IMG/VR virus record: IMGVR_UViG_3300027759_000002
Location: 115,755-179,754 of that record
Length of the DNA: 64,000 nt
DNA from: a virus
Direction: 5' to 3' (one strand)
Below, in pieces: positions 6,630 to 15,071 of this stretch. The notes beneath the pieces were generated by a model that was not told the DNA's origin, ran no database searches, and saw only the letters and a list, made by a program, of their open reading frames with translations. Position numbers and translations under genes: made by a program. The stretch's first letter is position 1; every line of letters starts with the position of its first letter.

Positions 6630-6704
6630 GGGGGCAGCAGTGGGCTGCGGCGTTCCCTTGCAAGGATCGTGACTAGAAGGATTCGATTTCCTCGGCCTCC
6701 ACCA
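6630..6704 (+). tRNA. tRNA-Ala: tRNA-Ala(TGC), atypical fold
   Basis: G3:U70 acceptor pair, loop CTTGCAA, 4-nt D loop, bulged T stem. Confidence 0.8.
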
Positions 6705-6708
6705 ATTA

Positions 6709-6783
6709 GGTTCAGTAGCATAGTGGCAGTGCAGCATCTTCATACGGTGCGTTGTGTGAGTTCGATTCTCACCTGAACCACCA
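6709..6783 (+). tRNA. tRNA-Met: tRNA-Met(CAT), probably elongator
   Basis: GGTTCAG/CTGAACC-ACCA, loop TTCATAC. Confidence 0.85.
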
Positions 6784-6789
6784 AATTAT

Positions 6790-6864
6790 GGGCGATTAGT
6801 AAAATGAATATTACACAAGGCTACGAACCTTGAAGTGGGAGTTTGATTCTCTCATCGCCCTCCA
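6790..6864 (+). tRNA. tRNA-Arg: tRNA-Arg(ACG)
   Basis: Cloverleaf, loop CTACGAA. Confidence 0.9.
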
Positions 6865-6868
6865 AAAT

Positions 6869-6943
6869 GCCGAGGTAGCTCAGTGGTAGAGCAGCGTCTT
6901 GATAAGGCGTTGGCCAAGAGTTCAATTCTCTTTCTCGGTACCA
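6869..6943 (+). tRNA. tRNA-Ile: tRNA-Ile(GAT)
   Basis: Cloverleaf, loop TTGATAA. Confidence 0.95.
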
Positions 6944-6946
6944 AAT

Positions 6947-7020
6947 TTCTCGCTGGTGTAATGGCAGCATAGCGGTCTCCAAAACCGTTGGTTGGGGTTC
7001 GAGTCCCTAGCGGGATGCCA
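6947..7020 (+). tRNA. tRNA-Trp: tRNA-Trp(CCA)
   Basis: Cloverleaf, loop CTCCAAA, GCCA. Confidence 0.9.
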
Positions 7021-7041
7021 ATTTTAAAAAAGGTGATTAAT

Positions 7042-7527
7042 ATGAAAAATTTCAATATAGAAGAAGTCAGACAATACCTTGCAAATCAAGGTCCTGATAC
7101 CAAGGTTTATCTTGGTGCCGACTCTGAAAGAATCAGGGTAAATGGTGTTTGGTATGCTGACTATGCTCTAGCAGTTGTAGTTCATATTGATGGCCGACAT
7201 GGTTGTAAGATTTTCGGATATGTTCACCGTGAATTGGATTACGACCATAAGAAAAGTAAACCTGCTATGAGGTTGATGACTGAAGTTTATAAAGTTTCAG
7301 AATTGTTCCAATCATTAGCAGAAGTGTTGGAAGATTATCATGTTGAAGTTCATCTTGATTTAAATAAAGATGATATTCATGGTAGTTCATGTGTTGTTCA
7401 GCAAGCGATTGGTTATATCAAAGGTACATGTAATATGACACCAATGGTTAAACCAGATGCACCTGCTGCAAGTTTTTGTGCTGATAGATTGAAAAGAATC
7501 TTGGCAGACCAAGAAGCACTTCAATAA
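7042..7527 (+). CDS. RNase H-like YkuK/DUF458-family protein
   Basis: KVYLGADSE, RLMTEV, VEVHLDLN, SFCAD acidic catalytic-like residues; SD AGGTG. Confidence 0.75.
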   Translation: MKNFNIEEVRQYLANQGPDTKVYLGADSERIRVNGVWYADYALAVVVHIDGRHGCKIFGYVHRELDYDHKKSKPAMRLMTEVYKVSELFQSLAEVLEDYHVEVHLDLNKDDIHGSSCVVQQAIGYIKGTCNMTPMVKPDAPAASFCADRLKRILADQEALQ

Positions 7528-7530
7528 TAT

Positions 7531-7605
7531 GGAGAAATTAGTTTAGTGGTAAAACCACGGGTTGTGATTCCGTTATCACCAGTTCGATCCTGGTATTTCT
7601 CCCCA
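7531..7605 (+). tRNA. tRNA-His: tRNA-His(GTG)
   Basis: 8-bp acceptor with G-1:C73, loop TTGTGAT. Confidence 0.95.
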
Positions 7606-7610
7606 AATAT

Positions 7611-7685
7611 GCCCCGTTAGCTCAGTGGTAGAGCAGTGCTTTTACACGGCGAAGGTCGGCAGTTCGAAACTGTCACGGGGTACCA
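7611..7685 (+). tRNA. tRNA-Val: tRNA-Val(TAC)
   Basis: Cloverleaf, loop TTTACAC. Confidence 0.95.
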
Positions 7686-7689
7686 ACAT

Positions 7690-7765
7690 GCTGCTTTAGC
7701 TGATGTGGTCATAGCGGTGGTCTGAAGAACCATTGAAAGAGGTTCGATTCCTCTAGGCAGCACCA
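7690..7765 (+). tRNA. tRNA-Phe: tRNA-Phe(GAA)
   Basis: Cloverleaf, loop CTGAAGA. Confidence 0.95.
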
Positions 7766-7770
7766 AATAT

Positions 7771-7847
7771 GCCCAAGTGACGGAATAGGTATACGTACTT
7801 GATTCAAAATCAAGGTTATGTGGGCTCGAATCCCACCTTGGGTACCA
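7771..7847 (+). tRNA. tRNA-Leu: tRNA-Leu(CAA) with short variable loop
   Basis: Loop TTCAAAA; Leu-type D arm; variable region only about 5 nt. Confidence 0.9.
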
Positions 7848-7848
7848 T

Positions 7849-7922
7849 GCTCTTATAGGTAAATGGCATACCACATCCATGGTAAGGATGTATCCTAAGT
7901 TCGATTCTTAGTAGGAGCACCA
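7849..7922 (+). tRNA. tRNA-Thr: tRNA-Thr(GGT)
   Basis: ACATCC/GGATGT stem, loop ATGGTAA. Confidence 0.85.
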
Positions 7923-8119
7923 ACTTGTTTTAATGTTGTTAAGATAAATTCTTTTTCTTGTGTGATATATAATTCATCATCTTCAAAAGTTTTTATCTTA
8001 GTATCATATGATGGAACAAATTCAGAATCAACACAGTAGTAACCATTAGGTTCATATGTTTGTTGTGCATACAATCCGTAAAACATTTCTACTGTAGGTC
8101 TTTTTGAAGTTGGTATCAT
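7895..8119 (-). CDS. Hypothetical 74-aa protein antisense within the tRNA array
   Basis: ORF MIPTSKRPTVEMF...; late-promoter-like AATAAATA at 8125-8132 on the - strand. Confidence 0.55.
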   Translation of the reverse strand: MIPTSKRPTVEMFYGLYAQQTYEPNGYYCVDSEFVPSYDTKIKTFEDDELYITQEKEFILTTLKQVGAPTKNRT

Positions 8120-8132
8120 ATGAGTATTTATT

Positions 8133-8209
8133 GCCCCGGTGACGGAATTGGTATACGTGTTGGTCTTAGAAGCCAAATTTTGAGAGTTCGAGTCTCTCCT
8201 GGGGCACCA
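8133..8209 (+). tRNA. tRNA-Leu: tRNA-Leu(TAG) with short variable loop
   Basis: Loop CTTAGAA; variable region ATTTT. Confidence 0.9.
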
Positions 8210-8214
8210 AATTT

Positions 8215-8289
8215 CTGGCGTTAGTATAATGGATAATACAGTAGGCTTCTACCCTTCTAATGGGAGTTCGATTCTCTCACGCCGGACCA
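8215..8289 (+). tRNA. tRNA-Arg: tRNA-Arg(TCT)
   Basis: Cloverleaf, loop CTTCTAC. Confidence 0.9.
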
Positions 8290-8306
8290 TTTTTTAGGAG
8301 TTTATT

Positions 8307-8885
8307 ATGCCAGCAGTATTTTTAGTAAGTGACACACACTTTGGTCACGCTGGTGTGTGTAGATTTCTTCGTGATGACGGAACAAAACTTCGGCCATGGG
8401 ATAATCCCGATGAAATGGATGAAGAAATGATTAAGCGTTGGAACGAAACAGTCAGACCAAACGATAAAGTTTACCATCTTGGTGATGTTGTTATTAATCG
8501 TAAAGCAATGAATACTCTATATAGACTTAACGGTGATAAGGTTCTTATTCGTGGTAACCATGATATCTTCCGTGATGAGGAATACAGACAACACTTTCGT
8601 GAACTACGTGCTTATCATGTAATGAATGGAATGATCCTGTCACATATTCCAATTCATACGGAAAGTCTTGGTCGTTTCGGTGTAAACATCCATGGCCATT
8701 TACATTCCAATCGTGTTCAGATTCGTGGGTTCAATGGTAAACCAATGGGTATTGATAACAGATACCATTGTGTTTGTGTTGAACAAACAGATTTTAGACC
8801 GATTCTTTTTGAAGATGTTATCAAACGAATTAAAGAAGAAGGTGGTGAGGTCGGTTTCAAAAGTGGAAACGACCGTGCTATGTGA
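8307..8885 (+). CDS. Calcineurin-like metallophosphoesterase
   Basis: SDTHFGH, HLGDV, GNHD, SH.P, NIHGHLH. Confidence 0.9.
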   Translation: MPAVFLVSDTHFGHAGVCRFLRDDGTKLRPWDNPDEMDEEMIKRWNETVRPNDKVYHLGDVVINRKAMNTLYRLNGDKVLIRGNHDIFRDEEYRQHFRELRAYHVMNGMILSHIPIHTESLGRFGVNIHGHLHSNRVQIRGFNGKPMGIDNRYHCVCVEQTDFRPILFEDVIKRIKEEGGEVGFKSGNDRAM

Positions 8886-8886
8886 T

Positions 8887-8969
8887 GCGAGTATGGGGGA
8901 ATTGGTAGACCCATCAGACTTAAAATCTGCCGCCTCGGCGTACCGGTTCGACTCCGGTTACTCGTACCA
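8887..8969 (+). tRNA. tRNA-Leu: tRNA-Leu(TAA)
   Basis: Loop CTTAAAA, normal long variable arm. Confidence 0.95.
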
Positions 8970-8979
8970 AAAATAATGC

Positions 8980-9008
8980 TTGACTTCTTAATAAGAAGCC
9001 TATATAAT
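8980..9008 (+). promoter_or_regulatory. Sigma70 promoter for the Gly tRNAs and groES
   Basis: TTGACT-17 nt-TATAAT; spacer region holds the inverted repeat CTTCTTA-A-TAAGAAG. Confidence 0.75.
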
Positions 9009-9019
9009 ACACACATGAT

Positions 9020-9094
9020 GCGGGTATGGTGCTAGTGGTAACACAAGACCTTGCCAAGGTTTAGTTGTGAGTTCGATTCTCACTACCCGCTCCA
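9020..9094 (+). tRNA. tRNA-Gly: tRNA-Gly(GCC)
   Basis: GCGGGTA/TACCCGC-TCCA, loop TTGCCAA. Confidence 0.95.
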
Positions 9095-9116
9095 AGTTAA
9101 CTACAACAGATTTTAT

Positions 9117-9190
9117 GCGGGATTAGTTTAGTGGTAAAACAGTAGATTTCCAATCTCCGGTTGAGAGTTCGATTCTCTCATCCCGCTCCA
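9117..9190 (+). tRNA. tRNA-Gly: tRNA-Gly(TCC)
   Basis: GCGGGAT/ATCCCGC-TCCA, loop TTTCCAA. Confidence 0.95.
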
Positions 9191-9196
9191 TTTAAT

Positions 9197-9263
9197 GCGG
9201 TTTGTAATAGTACGATACAAGGTACCCCCTTGTGTTAACTGAGCAAAGCAGTAGACCGCTCCA
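9197..9263 (+). ncRNA. Non-canonical tRNA-Gly-like RNA (67 nt)
   Basis: GCGGTTT/AGACCGC-TCCA acceptor; three arms; no TTCG in the T loop and no GG in the D loop. Confidence 0.65.
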
Positions 9264-9276
9264 TTTTGAGGACACT

Positions 9277-9522
9277 ATGAATATTAAACCCTTGCATGAT
9301 AAAGTATTGATTGAACGTATTGAGAATGTCAAAGAGACCGCTTCAGGCATCATCCTAAAACATTCCGAAGATCCAGATAAAGCAAGAGTACTTGCAGTTG
9401 GTCCGGATGTTACAGAAGTCCAGGTCGGTGATGTGGTTCAACCAGACTGGGGTAAGGCCGCAGCAGTGCAAGATTATTTCGTGGTGAAGATTGAAGACAT
9501 AGCTTACATCTACGGAGAGTAA
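9277..9522 (+). CDS. groES: Co-chaperonin GroES
   Basis: IKPLHDKVLI, TASGIIL, VLAVGP, VQVGDVV. Confidence 0.9.
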   Translation: MNIKPLHDKVLIERIENVKETASGIILKHSEDPDKARVLAVGPDVTEVQVGDVVQPDWGKAAAVQDYFVVKIEDIAYIYGE

Positions 9523-9524
9523 AC

Positions 9525-9752
9525 ATGTCTGATGGTGGTAAAGGTTCTAGTCCAAGGCCGTTTAGTGTTTCACAGAAAACATTTGGTAATAACTACGACA
9601 ATATTTTTAGAAAAAAATCACCAAAAGAAATACAAGAAGACAAATACGAACAAGAAGAATTTGATAGAATTTTAGAAGAAAATCGTATGCGCCAAAAGGC
9701 TTTAGATGCCATGGTGGCAGAAAATCAAAGATTAGGTTTATACGACAACTAA
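9525..9752 (+). CDS. Hypothetical protein
   Basis: MSDGGKGSSPRPFSV N-terminus; SD GGAG. Confidence 0.7.
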   Translation: MSDGGKGSSPRPFSVSQKTFGNNYDNIFRKKSPKEIQEDKYEQEEFDRILEENRMRQKALDAMVAENQRLGLYDN

Positions 9753-9755
9753 TAT

Positions 9756-9828
9756 AGCGGGTTGGTGAAATGGTATCACAGTGGGCTCATAATCCTCAGT
9801 TCCGGTTCGACTCCGTGACCCGCAACCA
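9756..9828 (+). tRNA. tRNA-fMet: Initiator tRNA-fMet(CAT)
   Basis: 1:72 mismatch (A.A), GGG in the anticodon stem, loop CTCATAA. Confidence 0.85.
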
Positions 9829-9842
9829 TTAATCTTTATACA

Positions 9843-10130
9843 TCACGGCGATTCAATTTTATCTTTGCAAGAACGTGAATTGTTTACTGAAGTTGTATGT
9901 ATCAATGTAGAACCATTTCGTTTTACATTTGAACATTTATATTCACAGACTTGTAAATCTTTCGGTCCACTTTTTTCAGTAAAACTTCTTGTCAATTTAC
10001 AATAATCATTATTGTTAGTCGCTTTGGTGTATATGACAGCATCCGGCATCAAGTTTATATTGATGGTTGGATGAGTGACCATCAGTGTTACACTTGTGGT
10101 CAACAACGTAAATAAGAGTTTTTTATTCAT
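9843..10130 (-). CDS. Hypothetical secreted or membrane protein
   Basis: Hydrophobic N-terminus; four Cys. Confidence 0.65.
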   Translation of the reverse strand: MNKKLLFTLLTTSVTLMVTHPTININLMPDAVIYTKATNNNDYCKLTRSFTEKSGPKDLQVCEYKCSNVKRNGSTLIHTTSVNNSRSCKDKIESP

Positions 10131-10903
10131 CTTCCTACGTAAACTTTAGGCATTGATTCTTCCCTTCTTTTTTCTTCTGATTTAGGAAATAACCCATCAC
10201 CATATTGTGGATATTTCTGTTGTCTATCATATGCTACCCACATAAACACACCAGCCATAACAAAAATTATAATCACAATAGCAACGCCTGTAGCAAATTC
10301 ATCTCTGAGTTTTCTCATTCGTGCTAAACGGCGTTTATCTAATATCGCTTGTTGTTGCATTTGTTTGATAAGAAGAACCTTTTGTTCTTTACCCATCTCT
10401 TTCATCATTTCTTCGACTTCGGTATATAAAGCACCGAGCTCTGGAGGACTTTGATAAATCATCAACTCACGTAAATCAACTGACATTTGTTCAAGTTGTT
10501 TACGCATGAGTACACGTTGTAAGGCACGTTTACCTAATGATGCATCTCCGGTATAAACTTGTGTCTTAGCAATTTTTTCTTCTTCTTCAAAAACAGCCAT
10601 ACATTTATAAAAGTTATCATAGTATGTGCCTAGGTGTTCACCAATCTCTTGGTAGATGTTGGTAGTTTCTCCACCCTTTTTGTTTAGTTCAATTACACGA
10701 TTTTTTTCCGTAATGAAGGCATTTCTTTGTGCTACACTTGCAGGTTTTTCTGGTGGATGGAGCTTTTTGAACTGGTCGTCAAGATCCTTGAGGACGTCCT
10801 TGACTTCCCCAGCTGCACCTTTAATATCTTTGTATAGTTTACATCCGGCTTTGACTGCCGAAACCGCACCATTTGCGAGGGCAAAGAGTGTGAATGGATC
10901 CAT
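10127..10903 (-). CDS. Hypothetical coiled-coil membrane protein
   Basis: 258 aa, one C-terminal TM segment; ATGA overlap with the downstream ORF. Confidence 0.75.
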   Translation of the reverse strand: MDPFTLFALANGAVSAVKAGCKLYKDIKGAAGEVKDVLKDLDDQFKKLHPPEKPASVAQRNAFITEKNRVIELNKKGGETTNIYQEIGEHLGTYYDNFYKCMAVFEEEEKIAKTQVYTGDASLGKRALQRVLMRKQLEQMSVDLRELMIYQSPPELGALYTEVEEMMKEMGKEQKVLLIKQMQQQAILDKRRLARMRKLRDEFATGVAIVIIIFVMAGVFMWVAYDRQQKYPQYGDGLFPKSEEKRREESMPKVYVGR

Positions 10904-10928
10904 TTCTTTTTATACCATTTTTTTTACT

Positions 10929-10956
10929 TGACATTATAACAAAAAAATGATATAAT
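10929..10956 (+). promoter_or_regulatory. Sigma70 promoter upstream of the DNA polymerase cluster
   Basis: TTGACA...TATAAT. Confidence 0.7.
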
Positions 10957-11000
10957 CTACGTTCAGGTCACACTATATAATTATTTAGGATAGGATTAAC

Positions 11001-11330
11001 ATGAAAATATATGCAATGAAATTAGTAACTGGTGAAGAACTTATTGGTGAAGTTGAAACGGAGAATGAAAATATTTTCATTAATGAAAATGAAATGGTGA
11101 TTAAGAATCCATTAGGAATTGCCATTGTACGTGGTAAAGATGGTCAACCTAACGTAGGTTTTGCGCCATTTCCAATCCATGCAGAACAAAAATCAGACTC
11201 TACTATTGCCTTAAAACGTGAACATATTGTATACTACTACGTTCCAGCAGAAGATTTTGTCAAAAACTATGACCAAATTTTCGGCACAGGCATTATTCTT
11301 CCAGGTCAACAACAAATCATTACAGGTTAA
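11001..11330 (+). CDS. Hypothetical protein (possible Sm-like fold)
   Basis: MKLVTGEELIG, VIKNPL; a gene type recalled upstream of gp43 in T4-like phages. Confidence 0.7.
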   Translation: MKIYAMKLVTGEELIGEVETENENIFINENEMVIKNPLGIAIVRGKDGQPNVGFAPFPIHAEQKSDSTIALKREHIVYYYVPAEDFVKNYDQIFGTGIILPGQQQIITG

Positions 11331-13885
11331 TGACAACTTTTTATACAAACGTACAGGCACTTGGCGGCCAGATTCTTTATCGTGGCGTCAAAGATGGTAA
11401 AAGAATCAAACTGAAGATTGATTATGAACCACAATTGTATCTTCCAGCCCGTAACGGTAAAGGTACCCATAAATCACTTGATGGCCTAGACCTTGTGCCA
11501 AAACGATTTGATGGCATTCGTGAAGCCAGAGAATATGTGAAACAATATGATGGTCTTCCAGGTGCTCCAAAAATCTATGGTAACACAGGATATCAATACG
11601 CTTTCATTGCAGAACAACATTCTGAAATGGTTGATTGGGAACAAGATAAAGTAAGTGTTGCAATTATCGACATTGAGGTCGGTTCGGAAAATGGTTTTCC
11701 TGATCCATACCTTGCAAACGAACCTATCACCGCAATTGCAACGACCTTTCTGAATGGTCACACTTATGTGTTTGGTTGTGGTGATTTTCGTAATGATGAT
11801 CCCGACAATATAACCTATCTGAAGTGTAAAGATGAATACACTCTTTGCAGTAAATTCATTGAGTTTTGGTCCAGAATGTATCCAGATGTTATCACTGGCT
11901 GGAACACCAAGTTCTTTGATATACCATATCTTGTCAATCGTTTTCGTAAGATTCTTGGTGAAGATAAAGCTAAGATGTTATCTCCATGGAATTATATCAG
12001 TGAACGTAAAACAAATATCAATGGTCGTTTGTTGATAGCATACAGTTTTGTTGGTATCGAATCACTTGATTATATTGAGTTATACAAATGGTATGCGCCA
12101 GGTGGTAAGTCACAAGAATCCTATCGACTAGATAATATCGCACAAGTGGAACTTGGTGAAGGCAAGATTTCATATGATGAATATGAGAACTTACACCAAC
12201 TGTATAGACTGAACTATCAAAAGTTTATCGAATACAACATTAAAGACGTTGCATTGATTATTAAACTAGAAGACAAGTTGAAGTTGATTGAGTTGGCCTT
12301 AACTCTTGCGTATGATACCAAGTGTAACTATGAAGATGTATTTGCACAGACACGTATGTGGGATTCACTGACGTATTCATATTTGTTAGGCAAAGGCATC
12401 ATTGTTCCACCAAAAGAAACACAAGAGAAAGATTCTGCGTTTGAAGGTGCATATGTTAAAGAACCACAAATTGGATTACACAATTGGGTTGCATCGTTTG
12501 ACTTGAACAGTTTGTATCCACACTTGATGATGCAGTACAACATTTCACCTGAAACGTTAATTGAACCAGAAAACTATACTGATGAAATGCGTGGTGTTCT
12601 TTCACAAGGTGTTACTGTTGATAAAATGTTAATGAAACAAATTGACACTTCGGAACTGGTTGATGTTACAATCACGCCAAACGGTCAATTCTTCCGTACC
12701 GACATTCAAGGTTTCTTACCTAAGATGATGGTCGAAATGTATGATGACCGCAAGAAATTTAAAAAGATGATGTTGCAAGCGCAACAGGAGTATGAGAATG
12801 AAAAAGATGAACGAAAAAAATATGAAATCGACAAACGAGTTGCCAGATACAACAACCTCCAGCTCGCAAAGAAAGTATCCCTTAACTCTGCCTACGGTGC
12901 TTTGGGAAGTCAGTATTTTAGGTTTTATGACCTACGCATGGCTTTGGGAGTCACTACGGCAGGCCAGCTTTCCATCAAATGGATTGAAGCGAAAATAAAC
13001 CAATACATGAATAAACTTCTTGGTACAGATAACGATTATGTAATCGCTTCTGATACTGATTCTATTTACCTGCGCCTCGGTGATTTGGTAAATAAAGTTT
13101 ATGGTGTTGATGGTGTGGTTAAAATGCCTGCACAAAAGATTATTGAATTTATGGATCGTGTTTGTGAAGATAAACTACAACCACATATTGATAAATCTTA
13201 CCAAGAGTTGGCTGATTATGTTCATGCATATGCACAAAAGATGCAGATGAAGCGTGAGGGTCTTTGTGACAAAGGTGTATGGACTGCCAAGAAACGTTAT
13301 ATTCTAAATGTATATAACAATGAAGGTGTACAGTATGCTGAACCACACATGAAAGTGATGGGTTTGGAAATGATTAAATCATCCACACCATCTGCTATTC
13401 GTGAGAAGATGAAGGCTGCCATTAAGTTGATGATGACTGGCACTGAACAACAAGTACAAGACTTTATTGCCGAGTTTAAGAAAGAGTTTAAAACATTACC
13501 AGCGGAAGAAATATCTTTTCCTCGGGGTTTGAATGGGCTAAATACTTATTCCGATCCAGTAATGTTGTTCAAAAAAGGCACACCCATTCATGTTCGTGGT
13601 GCAATCGTATATAACCACCATCTAAAACAATTGGGATTGACTAAGAAGTACCCACTCATACAAGAAGGTGAAAAACTCAAATTTACCTATTTGAGAATGC
13701 CAAATCATTTTAAGAATGATGTGATTTCTTTTCCAGGTAGAATACCTAAAGAGTTTGAGCTTGACAACTACATTGATTATGATGTACAATTCGACAAAGC
13801 ATTTCTGGAACCAATCAGTGTCATTTTAAAATGCATGAAGTGGTCTGCGGAAAAAACTAACTCTTTAGAGGACTTTTTCGGATGA
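11330..13885 (+). CDS. gp43: DNA polymerase, family B (gp43)
   Basis: DIEV exonuclease, SFDLNSLYP, K..LNSAYG, ASDTDS, KKRY. Confidence 0.98.
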   Translation: MTTFYTNVQALGGQILYRGVKDGKRIKLKIDYEPQLYLPARNGKGTHKSLDGLDLVPKRFDGIREAREYVKQYDGLPGAPKIYGNTGYQYAFIAEQHSEMVDWEQDKVSVAIIDIEVGSENGFPDPYLANEPITAIATTFLNGHTYVFGCGDFRNDDPDNITYLKCKDEYTLCSKFIEFWSRMYPDVITGWNTKFFDIPYLVNRFRKILGEDKAKMLSPWNYISERKTNINGRLLIAYSFVGIESLDYIELYKWYAPGGKSQESYRLDNIAQVELGEGKISYDEYENLHQLYRLNYQKFIEYNIKDVALIIKLEDKLKLIELALTLAYDTKCNYEDVFAQTRMWDSLTYSYLLGKGIIVPPKETQEKDSAFEGAYVKEPQIGLHNWVASFDLNSLYPHLMMQYNISPETLIEPENYTDEMRGVLSQGVTVDKMLMKQIDTSELVDVTITPNGQFFRTDIQGFLPKMMVEMYDDRKKFKKMMLQAQQEYENEKDERKKYEIDKRVARYNNLQLAKKVSLNSAYGALGSQYFRFYDLRMALGVTTAGQLSIKWIEAKINQYMNKLLGTDNDYVIASDTDSIYLRLGDLVNKVYGVDGVVKMPAQKIIEFMDRVCEDKLQPHIDKSYQELADYVHAYAQKMQMKREGLCDKGVWTAKKRYILNVYNNEGVQYAEPHMKVMGLEMIKSSTPSAIREKMKAAIKLMMTGTEQQVQDFIAEFKKEFKTLPAEEISFPRGLNGLNTYSDPVMLFKKGTPIHVRGAIVYNHHLKQLGLTKKYPLIQEGEKLKFTYLRMPNHFKNDVISFPGRIPKEFELDNYIDYDVQFDKAFLEPISVILKCMKWSAEKTNSLEDFFG

Positions 13886-15060
13886 TATTTTTAACGTTAC
13901 TTACAGCACTAGGTTTATCTGGTGTTTCTGCCTACTATTCAGTTATTGGTTTAGCACAAATTTTTCCTGGTTCATTTTGGCCAATTATTTTTATGGGTTC
14001 GGTTCTTGAAGCTTCGAAACTAGTAACAGTATCGTGGTTGTATAATAATTGGAAACAATGTCCTTTTCTTATTAAATCATATTTGTCGATAGCAGTTATC
14101 ATTTTAATGTTGATTACTTCAATGGGTATATTTGGTTTCTTATCAAAGGCACACTTAGAACATTCAGCAGATAGTGGTCCGTATGTTGATAAGATTTCTA
14201 TCATTGACGAAAAAATCAGAACATCAAAAGAAAATATTGATGCGAACCGGAAGGCGCTTAGACAAATGGATGAGGCTGTGGACCAAGTTATGGGCCGCAG
14301 TACTGATGAAAAAGGTGCGGATAAAGCTGTTGCAGTCCGAAAAACACAGCAGAAAGAACGCATCCGCCTTCAATCTGAGATTTCGACCGAACAGAAAACT
14401 ATTGCAACCCTCAATGAAGAAAGAGCACCGATATCAACGGAACTCCGTAAGGTTGAAGCGGATGTAGGACCAATCAAATACATTGCTGCACTGGCATATG
14501 GTGAAGCAACAACTGACATTATGGACAAAGCAGTACGCCTTGTTATTCTATTGATTATTGTTGTATTTGATCCATTAGCAATTCTATTGTTAATCGCATA
14601 TAACATGTCAATCAAACAAAAAGAAGATGTTGAAGACTTCTTCGAACGAGTTAAAGTAAATGCAAGAAAATTGGATGAAGATGCCAAGCATGCTGAGCAA
14701 GAGGTTGTTAATGTAGTACCTGAAACTGTACATGTTGAAGAACCAGTTGATCCTTATGCATACCTGAAACAGCCATTCAAACACTTTGAGAATTTGAAAC
14801 CAATGGTTGCACCAAAAGAAGATACTTTGCAAATTAAAAAAGATAATATGATTGTGATTGATGATATAACTGGTGAAACCATACCGCCAATCACACATGA
14901 AAAGGTAACAATTGAAACCCACAATGCACGAAATTCTGTTATGTATGAAGAACATCATGTACCAATAGAAGAACCTGTGAAAAAATTGGAACCTAAGTAT
15001 GATTATGATGAACCGTATTCTTTTAAAGAGAAAGAAATTCGTGATGCTGGTAAATTTTAA
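13882..15060 (+). CDS. Hypothetical multi-pass membrane and coiled-coil protein
   Basis: N-terminal TMs, coiled coil, VGPIKYIA, IVVFDPLA. Confidence 0.75.
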   Translation: MIFLTLLTALGLSGVSAYYSVIGLAQIFPGSFWPIIFMGSVLEASKLVTVSWLYNNWKQCPFLIKSYLSIAVIILMLITSMGIFGFLSKAHLEHSADSGPYVDKISIIDEKIRTSKENIDANRKALRQMDEAVDQVMGRSTDEKGADKAVAVRKTQQKERIRLQSEISTEQKTIATLNEERAPISTELRKVEADVGPIKYIAALAYGEATTDIMDKAVRLVILLIIVVFDPLAILLLIAYNMSIKQKEDVEDFFERVKVNARKLDEDAKHAEQEVVNVVPETVHVEEPVDPYAYLKQPFKHFENLKPMVAPKEDTLQIKKDNMIVIDDITGETIPPITHEKVTIETHNARNSVMYEEHHVPIEEPVKKLEPKYDYDEPYSFKEKEIRDAGKF

Positions 15061-15071
15061 AGGATGAAACA

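Noticed and set aside
4688-9016. ORF-track calls overlapping tRNA genes (e.g. 4688, 4696, 5330, 6480, 6561, 6852, 7617, 8692, 8717)
   Set aside because: They are chance frames across cloverleaf sequences or shadows of real genes.
4558-9263. CRISPR-like repeat-spacer array
   Set aside because: The periodicity comes from tRNA T arms and CCA ends; no constant 25-45 nt repeat with unique spacers is present.
4558-9828. tmRNA in the array
   Set aside because: No element combines an Ala-type acceptor with a tag reading frame; the long spacers lack CCA ends.
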